Of a stretch of 64,000 bases of DNA, positions 54,291 to 64,000 are shown piece after piece. Location: positions 519,568 to 583,567 of the forward strand of contig NIVC01000169.1 of NCBI GenBank assembly GCA_002269645.1, read 5' to 3'. The first letter of the stretch is position 1; every line of letters begins with the position of its first letter. Both the position numbers and the translations under genes were made by a program. Source of the stretch: Macrostomum lignano (lineage: Eukaryota). The notes under the pieces are model-generated. The model was not told where the DNA came from and ran no database searches. It was given only the letters and a program-made list of their open reading frames with translations.

Positions 54291-57200
54291 ATGGGCAGCT
54301 GTCTTGGAGCCGACAAAGACGAAGAGAAGGTTGGCTTGGTTGGAAAATCTCGAACAGGTTTGCTGCTTTTTAACTGCTTGATTTTGGTGAAAGGTAACTC
54401 CTTTGCTTAACTGGTTTTATACTTTTACTCTGATAGTAATAATAGTAATAATAATAATAATAATAATTGATTACACCTGCCAATTGAGCCAGATGTGCAA
54501 CCGACAGCTCAGCCGCAGCTATTGCGCGGCGCATCTGAAGGCTGCGTACGGCTGTTCAGTCCAAGGACTGGGGGGGGGGGGGGGGGGTCGCCACACACAG
54601 CCTCAATTACCCCAGCTAATGCTGGCACCCATTTTACAGCTTAGTGAACTGAAGCAATACAAAGTTAAGTGTCTTGCTCAAGGACACAAATTGTTCCAGT
54701 AGGATCGGGAATCGAACCCCCGACCTTCAAGTCGCGAGTCCGACACTCTAACCACTAGGCTACAACCCCTGGTAGTAAGAAATCTCGATAGACTTGATTC
54801 AAGGTTACTGCTATTTACTAATTCGCATATACTCCGGCTGTCCGGAAAGTCGTGAGAATGTATTTAAAAAACCAGTCAGAAGTATATGCGAATTAGTAAA
54901 TAGCAGTAACCTTGAATCAAGTCTATCGAGATTTCTTACTACCAGAGGTTGTGGCCTGGTGGTTGGAGTGTCGGACTCGCGGCTTGGGGGTCGGGGGTTC
55001 GATTCCCGATCCTACTGGAAGAAGTACAAATGTATTATTGGCGAAAGATACGAGAAAGCTAGCAATTAATCTAAAAGTATTTCACAAACTGCAGGTGAGG
55101 CCCGCCAATACGACAAGAATTTCAAGGGACCAATCCAGGATCGATCCTGCACAGATGTCATCTGCTGCCTCCTGTTCGCGTTCTGCGTTGCCATCCTGCT
55201 GCTGTTTGCCGTCATTGGTGAGTCATCGATGCGGGACCACAGGAGTAAACTAATGGCAATCATGCGGGCAACTTGCCCGTGTTTTTAATATTATTAAAAA
55301 TTGATTATTTCAGCGTACGCCAGAGGCGACCCCAAGCGGATCATCTACCCGACTGACTCGGAGGGGAAAATCTGCGGAAAAGATTTGCCGTAAGTATTCG
55401 GACCTTACTGTGTGCGCTTCGAGTCAGTCTTCGAGTGACTTCGTGACTTTTATGTATTCACGGATTTACAAATGATGAGTTCATGAGCTCACGAGTTCAT
55501 GAGTTTAGGAGTCCATGAGTTCATGAGTTTTGAGTAAGTTCACAAGTTCATGAGTGAGTTCACGAGTTTATGAGGGAGTTCACGAGTTTATCAGTGAGTT
55601 CACGAGTTCATGAGTGAGTTCACGAGTTCATGAGTGAGTTCACGAGTTCATGAGTGAGTTCACGAGTTCATGAGTGAGTTCACGAGTTTATGAGTGAGTT
55701 TACGAGTTCATGAGTGAGTTCACGAGTTCATGAGTGAGTTCACGAGTTCATGAGTGAGTTCACGAGTTCATGAGTGAGTTCACGAGTTCATGAGTGAGTT
55801 CACGAGTTCATGAGGGAGTTCACGAGTTCATGAGTGAGTTCACGAGTTCATGAGTGAGTTTACGAGTTCATGAGTGAGTTCACGAGTTCATGAGTGAGTT
55901 CACGAGTTCATGAGTGAGTTCACGAGTTCATGAGTGAGTTCACGAGTTCATGAGTGAGTTCACGAGTTCATGAGTGAGTTCACGAGTTCATGAGTGAGTT
56001 CACGAGTTCATGAGTGAGTTCCCGAGTTTATGAGTGAGTTCACGAGTTCATGAGTGAGTCCACGAGTTCATGAGTGAGTCCATGAGTTTTTAAGCGAGCC
56101 CATGAGTTCAAAAGTGTCCACCAAGCTCCAAACCTCCCCGTCTGAACTCCAGCGACCGAACCAAGCTCGCCTACTTCGACTTCACCGTGTGCGCCCGCAT
56201 GGGCATCGCCGTCCTGCAGCTGGGCTGTCCGACTCCGCAGGTGTGCGTGTCCGAGTGCCCGTCAGCCTGGTGGAGTTGGCTGACCGCACAGACTCACGAG
56301 ACGGCCATCGGCCGGGTGTCGGCTGAGCAGCGGCGGCCCATGGTGTGCCTGCGCGGCAGGAACGGCCTGCACCCGGAGTACGTCGGTCGAAGCATCAAAT
56401 CGCTGGTTGACGACGGCCTGTGCGCCCCGTTCACGATGCCCACAATCGACTTGATGGGCCGGTGCATGCCGAAGCTACTGGAAGACATCGGCGGTAAGAT
56501 TGTGGACAGTCTGGGCTCGGTGCCCTCCAACATCACGGCCGGGAACAACCAGACGGTTGGCACAGGCGAACTCCGCTCAGGCACTGCCGTCATGTCCAAA
56601 TTCGTCAAGGTGTACGGCTTCCTGCAGTCAGTGTTCCAGGATGTGGTCAAGACCTGGCCCTACATACTGACTGGCTTCATTCTGGCTGTGCTCCTGTCGC
56701 TGCTGTGGGTGCTGCTGCTCCGGTTTGTAGCCAGGATCATGGTCATCACCGCGATCGTGGGTTTCGTATTCGTCTTCGTCTTCCTGGTCATATTCACGTT
56801 CTACAAGTACGCCGTATTGAAGAAGGAAACTAAAGATATTGAGGAAAAGTTCAAATTGACATCGGATATTGGCTATTACAGTCAGCTGTCCACCACCTGG
56901 CTGATCATTGGGATTGTCTCCGCTGCCATCTTGGTCATCGTCATAGTCCTGCTGATCTGGCTGCGGGAGCGAATCAGCATCGCCATTGCGATCATCTCCG
57001 AGACCAGCAAGTGCATCGCTCACATGATGACCACTTTGCTGTTTCCTATTGTACCATTCCTGCTGCAGCTGCTGGTGCTGGTGTTCTGCGTGGTCACCTC
57101 GCTCTACATTGGCAGCATGGGCAAGCCGGAGATGCGGTCGGCCGTCAACCAGACTGCCATCGACAGCCTCAACACCAGCGGAATGAGCGAGGCCGAGGCC

Positions 57201-60200
57201 AAGGCCAAGATTGACTCAGTGCTCAACCAGCTGACGCCCTGCAATCCTAATGTGAGGAGGGCCAGAAGTGTTAGCGTTTTCATGCAGGAATGATCACACC
57301 TGTTAGATACAGATCACAACTGTTCGATAAGGATCACACTTGTTAGATAAGATTCACACCTGTTAGATAAGGATTACACCTGTAAGATAAGGATTACACA
57401 TGTTAAGTAAGGATCATAGTTGTTAGATAAGGATCACACCTGTTAGATACAGATCACAGCTCTTAGATAAGGATCACACCTGTCCGATAAGGATCACACC
57501 TGTTAGATATGGATCACACCTGTCAGATAAGGATCACACCTGTCCGATAAGGATCACACCTGTCCGATAAGGATCACACCTGTCCGATAAGGATCACACC
57601 TGTCCGATAAGGATCACACCTGTCAGATAAGGATCACATCTGTCAGATAAGGATCACACCTGTCTGATAAGGATCACACCTGTCCGATAAGGATCACACC
57701 TGTCCGATAAGGATCACACCTGTCAGATAAGGATCACATCTGTCAGATAAGGATCACACCTGTCTGATAAGGATCACACCTGTCCGATAAGGATCACACC
57801 TGTCCGATAAGGATCACACCTGTCAGATAAGGATCACATCTGTCAGATAAGGATCACACCTGTCTGATAAGGATCACACCTGTCCGATAAGGATCACACC
57901 TGTCCGATAAGGATCACACCTGTCAGATAAGGATCACATCTGTCAGATAAGGATCACACCTGTCTGATAAGGATCACACCTGTCAGATAAGGATCACATC
58001 TGTCCGATAAGGATCACACCTGTCAGATAAGGATCACATCTGTCAGATAAGGATCACACCTGTCAGATAAGGATCACACCTGTCAGATAAGGATCACATC
58101 TGTCAGATAAGGATCACACCTGTCCGATAAGGATCACACCTGTTAGATATGGATCACACCTGTCAGATAAGGATCACACCTGTCCGATAAGGATCACACC
58201 TGTCCGATAAGGATCACACCTGTTAAAAATTAATCTTTCACATTAAATTCTTCAGGCCGCAGGTACTGAAGGCTCAATTTGTCGTTTCATCAAGTACGGC
58301 GATGACGGGTGAGTACGCCGTTCTGTTGAGTAGCTGAATGGACGATTCGCTTCTGTTAATTGATTGAGCAGTAGGCAAAATTTCTATTGCCTTCATATTT
58401 TATTATAGTTTGGCAATAAACTTTTTAATACTCGATTAACCATTAATCTGCGAATGTAGGGCAAAGCGGTAAGTTGTGAAGGATTTTTCAATGCGATTTT
58501 CTAGAAATGCTTTTTAAATCGTTTTCAAGTGCTTACTTACGCTTTTTTAAAAGAAAAAGACACGGACAGAAGCAGTGTCGCTGGTTCGCTTTCAAGCAGT
58601 ACTAGTAGTAGTAGTTGCGTTTCTTAATTTCCTCTGAGTTCGCACCGAAGCCATTGAGATGCTGTGTGTCATACAGATTTGACCGAGTGGGGCGAGTCCA
58701 TGAGTCCATGAGTTCATGAGTCCATGAGTCTAGTAGTCCATGAGTCTAGTAGTCCATGAGTCTAGTAGTCCATGAGTCTAGTAGTCAATGAGTTCATGTG
58801 TCCATGAGTATAGGAGTCTATGAGTCTATGAGTCCATGAGTCTAGGAGTCCAGGAGTCTAGGAGTCCATGAATTTAGAAGTCCATGATTCTATGAGTCCA
58901 TGAGTCTAGGAATCCATGAGTCTAGGAGTCCATGAGTCTAGGAGTCCATGAGTCTAGGAGTCTCTGAGTCTATGAGTAATGAGTTCATGTGTCAGTGGAT
59001 CGATTGAGTTCATCCGTGTGAGTGAGCTGTTTTGCTCACCTGAAATGTTAAGTATTTATTTTCAGAATTTTATTAATTAATTGAAGCGCACAAAAAGAAT
59101 TCTCAGTGCACACGATGCTTTGCTTGCCATTTTTTTATTTACGAGTACCAAAGCAGCGAGTTTCCTCTAGGCTTAAATACTCGTAGTGCCAGCGCTGTTT
59201 TATTCCTTGCTGAGATCCCCAGTTGATGACGCCAACCCAACTCTACGCAACCCCGCACCGACCCTGCAGCTTCTCCGTGTACATGCAGATGTACACGGTG
59301 TTCATGTTCCTCTGGCTATTCAATTTCGTTGACGGACTCTGCCAGATGACTTTGGCCGGCGCGTTCGCCTCGTACTACTTTGCCTTCAACAAGCCGAAGG
59401 ACATCCCGACCTTTCCACTGCTGGCTTCCTTCTGGCGGTGCATCAGGTTGGCGCAGAACGGCAGGCTTATGGATACAGTTTGAGGGGGGAGAGGCTGAGA
59501 GGGAGAGGCTGAGAGGGAGAGGCTGAGAGGGAGAGGCTGAGAGGGAGAGGCTGAGAGGGAGAGGCTGAGAGGGAGAGGCTGAGAGGGAGAGACTGAGAGG
59601 GAGAGGCTGAGAGGGAGAGGCTGAGAGGGAGAGGCTGAGAGGGAGAGGCTGAGAGGGAGAGGCGGAGAGAGAGAGCAGGGACCACTAAAATACCTGTCAC
59701 CTGCCCGCAGATACCACATGGGCTCGATCGCATTTGGCTCGCTAATCATAGCCATAGTGCAGGCGATTCGGATCATTCTGGAGTACATTGATGCTAAACT
59801 GAGCGGCAGTCAGAATCCTATTGGAAAATTCTTCATCAAATGTCTGAAATGCTGTTTCTGGTGTCTGGAGAAGTTTGTCAAATTTATTAGCAAGAATGCC
59901 TATATTATGGTGAGTACTTTGGATAATGTTAGAATCAGAATCAATCAATGAGTTTAATTATGACAACCAGGTCGCACTTCTCGTTGCTTTTCTTGCAACA
60001 GGGTTCTTGCGTCTCCTCTCGGCTGTACCAAACCATATCTATGGCTGATGAATCTGTTATGGTCCAGCTGTACAGGTGTGGAAAGGTCCACAGATCCCAT
60101 TTTGGGCCATAGACAATGAAAAGTCAGTCTTAAATAGCTTGATTCTCCCAACTAAGGATTAAATTGCTTGCTCCTGTGCTCAAAAAGCTTGGAAAACGCT

Positions 60201-63200
60201 ATAATTGTATAATTATAGCAGTCCTAGAGAACATATTTAAAAGTCGAACTTCAGCGTTTCAAACTTCATTTCAGGTGGCCATTTATGGTCGAAACTTCTG
60301 CCTATCGGCTAAGGACGCATTCTTTCTAATTCTGCGCAATATTGTTCGAGTGGCCGTTGTTGACAAAATCACCGAGTTTGTGCTGTTTATCAGCAAAATG
60401 GTCATCATTGGGCTTATTGGTGAGTTTTGCTATTGTTCCGGAGGCTGAAATAAAATGTGATTAATCATGGATTATAGGGGCTGAGAGGCTGAGAGGGAGA
60501 GGCTGAGAGAGAGAAACTAAGAGGGAGAGAGGCTGAGAGGGGGGAACGCTGAATAGGTAGAGAGGCTGAGAGTTAGAGAATGAGAGGTGTAGAGGCTGAG
60601 AGTTAGAGAGGTGGAGAGGCTGAGAGTTAGAGAATGAGAGGTGGAGAGGCTGAGAGTTAGAGAATGAGAGGTGGAGAGGCTGAGAGTTAGAGAATGAGAG
60701 GTGGAGAGGCTGACAGTTAGAGAATGAGAGGTGGAGAGGCTGACAGTTAGATAATGAGAGGTGGAGAGGCTGAGAGTTAGAGAATGAGAGGTGGAGAGGC
60801 TGACAGTTAGAGAATGAGAGGTGGAGAGGCTGAGAGTTAGAGAATGAGAGGTGGAGAGGCTGAGAGTTAGAGAATGAGAGGTGGAGAGACTGAGAGTTAG
60901 AGAGGTGGAGAGGCTGAGAGTTAGAGAGGTGGAGAGGCTGAGAGTTAGAGAATAAGAGGTGGAGAGGCTGAGAGTTAGATAATGAGAGGTGGAGAGGCTG
61001 AGAGTTAGAGAATGAGAGGTGGAGAGGCTGACAGTTAGAGAATGAGAGGTGGAGAGGCTGACAGTTAGAGAATGAGAGGTGGAGAGGCTGAGAGTTAGAG
61101 AATGAGAGGTGGAGAGGCTGAGAGTTAGAGAATGAGAGGTGGAGAGGCTGAGAGTTAGAGAATGAGAGGTGGAGAGGCTGAGAGTTAGAGAATGAGAGGT
61201 GGAGAGACTGAGAGTTAGAGAGGTGGAGAGGCTGAGAGTTAGAGAGGTGGAGAGGCTGAGAGTTAGAGAATAAGAGGTGGAGAGGCTGAGAGTTAGAGAA
61301 TGAGAGGTGGAGAGGCTGAGAGTTAGAGAATAAGAGGTGGAGAGGCTGAGAGTTAGAGAATGAGAGGTGGAGAGGCTGAGAGTTAGAGAAGAAGAGATGG
61401 TGATGAAAATTCACGCATGCAAGAGAGATTGGACAGGGGTATGCATGTGAACTCTAGCTAGATGTAAATAAATGGAATTCTAATACTTAGATTAACGCAG
61501 CAATTAAATAATTTGTTTATCTTAAATATTTGTTATGAAATCAAGCAAGCGGTGTAGCATCTTAACCGCTACCACTGTGACCTGCAGCGCAAAAACGTTT
61601 CGTGAAGCTCTGGGCAACATTATACAGTGCTAAGATACCAGCAAGATGCTAGATAAAAGTTTTTTACAACTGGCTTCTAAAGCCCCTGGCTTTGGCTCTG
61701 TACTTTTGCACTGCAAGGTTTGAACCCTGCGCTTGCTGGTCCGATCTTAAGCCGACCTTGGCCCCGCGCTAGGCTGTTGGAAGCCTGCTGTACCAGTAGT
61801 GACAGAGACTGTAACTGGGCACGCTTCTGAGGATCCATCATCTGTACGGGGGTTGAGGGGGGGGGGTAAAGTGGTCGGGTTTACATGTATAGGGCCATGC
61901 CAGCTTTTCCCAGAATTTTTTCGACTGTGTATAGACGCTATGATCATTAAAAAGGAAGCGTACTGCTGATTCATTCATAGCTCTCTGACAGGGGTTCCCC
62001 AGCAATACGTAATTAGTATTGGCACGTGACCTTTGCAAAGAAGGAGGATTAGACATCAACCTACCCTGGGGAAAATTCTGTTCAATTATATCTATTTCAG
62101 TTTTAGCTTAAAGTTCTTATTTTCATACTACTTATCCAAACCGATAAAGTAGAGTAAACAGAATTTTAAAATAATATTAATTTAAAAAATCCACGCTTCC
62201 AGTGATAGTGGTGATGCTGCTGGTCCAAGAAGACGTGGACGCTGTCACTGGGAAAGGCGATTTTCATTTCTTCGTGATTTTTGTAAATCATTATTAAATG
62301 CAATTTATGCCAGTGTGCCCCATCATAAACCAGCATGCTCGTATCCAAATCTAGTGCGTAATTTTGCTTTGAAAATGCATTAACAAGATTATTTTCTTCA
62401 CCATGGCCAAAATGCAAATTCTGAAAGTCGATTAAGTGATTGATTAGAGGCTGTTTAACTCAGTGGCTTCCTCCAGAATTCACATGACAGAGGTAATCAA
62501 GCTTGACGGATGACAGGAGCTTAATTTTTGCCACCTCTTTGTGTGGCATCTACCGGTCTAGGAAACAAGGGCGCCCACCAAGAGACAGTGGCGCCCACCA
62601 AGAGTCATTGGCGCCCACCAAGAGACAGTGGCGCCCACCAAGAGACAGTGGCGCCCACCAAGAGACAGTGGCGCCCACCAAGAGACAGGGGCGACCACCA
62701 AGAGACAGTGGCGCCCACCAAGAGACAGTGGCGCCCACCAAGAGACAGTGGCGCCCACCAAGAGACAGTGGCGCCCACCAAGAGACAGGGGCGACCACCA
62801 AGAGACAGTGGCGCCCACCAAGAGACAGTGGCGCCCACCAAGAGACAGTGGCGCCCACCAAGAGACAGTGGCGCCCACCAAGAGACAGTGGCGGCTACCA
62901 AGAGACAGTGGCGCCCATCAAGAGACAGTGGCGCCCACCAAGAGACAGTGGCGCCCACCAAGAGACAGTGGCGCCCACCAAGAGACAGTGGCGCCCACCA
63001 AGAGACAGTGGCGCCCACCAAGAGACAGTGGCGCCCACCAAGAGACAGTGGCGCCCACCAAGAGACAGTGGCGCCCACCAAGAGACAGTGGCGCCCACCA
63101 AGAGACAGTGGCGCCCATCAAGAGACAGTGGCGCCCACCAAGAGACAGGGGCGCCCACCATGAGACAGGGGCGCCCACCAGGAGATAGTGGCGCCCACCA

Positions 63201-63557
63201 AGAGACAGTGGCGCCCACCAATATCATATCATATATTTCATTGTTTTCCAGTCTGCAGCAGTAGCTATTCAAAATCGACAAATTTTTGAAACATTGGCAC
63301 CAAAAAATGAAAGACTACAGATAATGCTTCACTTCACAAGAGCCTTCGCATGCAACCAGAGTGCCGTGTGTCCTTAATTAATGCTGTAAATACGTGTTTT
63401 AGCATGAACTTTGAGCTGCTTAATACATACCCAAGCTCCCATAATGCCCAAAGGCTCTCTGGCGTTCTTCTTCTTTGACGGCACGCTCGGCCAAAAAAGC
63501 GAAGTGATTGGCAAAGTGACGCCAAAGGGCATGGATTATTATTTTGTGCCAGTGATT
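54291..63557 (+). CDS. SLC44A: Choline transporter-like protein (SLC44/CTL family); continues beyond window end
   Basis: Exons 54291-54357, 55095-55217, 55314-55389, 56153-57251, 58256-58308, 59270-59446, 59711-59909, 60275-60419, 63454-63557 with consistent phases. Motifs [90 protein letters not shown]. Paralog (A2/A4-like) not resolved; exon 1 less certain. Confidence 0.93.
54440..54768 (-). mobile_element. Full-length tRNA-derived CORE-SINE (about 329 bp) in CTL intron 1
   Basis: Head with A box TAGCCTAGTGG and B box GGTTCGATTCC; CORE-like TGTGTCCTTGAGCAAGACACTTAAC...CTGTAAAATGGG; (TAT)n tail; candidate 10-bp TSD CTGATAGTAA 54430-54439 / CTGGTAGTAA 54769-54778 (1 mismatch). Confidence 0.85.
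54694..55020. repeat. 140-bp inverted duplication (arms 54694-54833 and 54881-55020, 47-nt loop)
   Basis: Arms are reverse complements with 133/140 identity; they cover 64 nt of unique flank plus the SINE tRNA head. Confidence 0.97.
55478..56108. repeat. 20-nt minisatellite GAGTTCACGAGTTCATGAGT (CTL intron 3)
   Basis: Direct reading. Confidence 0.95.
57295..58225. repeat. 20-nt minisatellite CTGTC(C/A)GATAAGGATCACAC (CTL intron 4), 5-unit higher-order pattern
   Basis: Variant order recurs every 100 bp over about 57600-57970. Confidence 0.95.
58695..58985. repeat. 8/16-nt minisatellite AGTCCATG / AGTCTAG(G/T) (CTL intron 5)
   Basis: Direct reading. Confidence 0.85.
59482..59672. repeat. 14-nt minisatellite GGCTGAGAGGGAGA (CTL intron 6)
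   Basis: Direct reading. Confidence 0.95.
60478..61392. repeat. 30-nt (and 24-nt) minisatellite GAGAGGTGGAGAGGCTGAGAGTTAGAGAAT (CTL intron 8)
   Basis: Direct reading. Confidence 0.95.
62166..62417 (-). pseudogene. Possible decayed pogo/Tigger-like DDE transposase remnant
   Basis: Translation LVYDGAHWHK...IAFPSDSVHVFLDQ resembles the DDE_1 pattern LxxDxHxxH...LPxxxTxxLQPLDQ; recognised by eye only. Confidence 0.35.
62570..63220. repeat. 20-nt minisatellite ACCAAGAGACAGTGGCGCCC (CTL intron 8)
   Basis: About 32 units. Confidence 0.95.
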
Positions 63558-63784
63558 GTGAGTGCAGTTATAGCCAACTACAGTACCATGTAGTCGCCTG
63601 GTAACCATGGCCGCGATGGGAGATGCTCGTAACTTGAATTTCTTCGGACAGAGTTTCTGGCTTTTGGTTTTGTTGGAAGGAATTGTTTATAGTAACTTGG
63701 TGCTTGATTATGGTCTATTTTATCTGTGTTTGTCCGAGTAGATTCGATGCCTGTCCGAGTAGATTATGATAACTGGCCGAATAT

Positions 63785-64000
63785 ATTAGATGCCTGTCCG
63801 AACAGATTAGATGCCTGTCCGAACAGATTATATGCCTGTCCGAACAGATTAGATGCCTGTCCGAATAGATTAGATGGCTGTCCGAATAGATTAGATGGCT
63901 GTCCGAATAGATTAGATGGCTGTCCGAATAGATTAGATGCTGTCCGAATAGATTAGATGCCTGTCCAAATAGATTTAGATGCCTGTCCGAACAGATTAGA
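63785..64000. repeat. 21-nt minisatellite ATTAGATGCCTGTCCGAACAG (CTL intron 9, runs off window)
   Basis: Direct reading. Confidence 0.9.

Noticed and set aside
54694-54768. Functional tRNA gene (and its inverted copy 54946-55020)
   Set aside because: Acceptor and anticodon stems pair poorly, and the head runs straight into a CORE body and tail; it is a SINE head.

Overview
Eukaryotic (animal, invertebrate-type) genomic DNA with five spliced protein-coding genes that I reconstructed by hand from GT-AG junctions and frame continuity: a KIF28/KLP-6-like kinesin-3 (minus, 13982 to <533), an achaete-scute-family bHLH (minus), a divergent EF-hand protein (plus), MAPKAPK2 (minus) and an SLC44/CTL choline transporter-like gene (plus, runs off the window). 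Roughly 23-24 kb (about 37%, my tally) is tandem repeat. 18 of the 21 introns longer than 500 nt carry a minisatellite array, mostly with a unit different from the other arrays. This architecture recalls Macrostomum-type flatworm genomes, but that is inference only. Mobile DNA: a young 3.5-kb THAP/P-superfamily transposon (30-bp TIRs, 8-bp TSD, one frameshift) nested inside a 448-bp non-autonomous P-like element, a 5' LTR+PBS+gag fragment, tRNA-headed CORE-SINEs, a foldback element and a decayed pogo-like remnant. There is also a 128-bp 18S rRNA fragment in a kinesin intron. The most unusual local signal is a 140-bp inverted duplication in CTL intron 1 whose arms differ only by 7 A/G transitions, 6 of them A-to-G in one arm and clustered in a SINE head, which resembles ADAR editing fixed in DNA. 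Most long ORFs in the supplied track are repeat artefacts.
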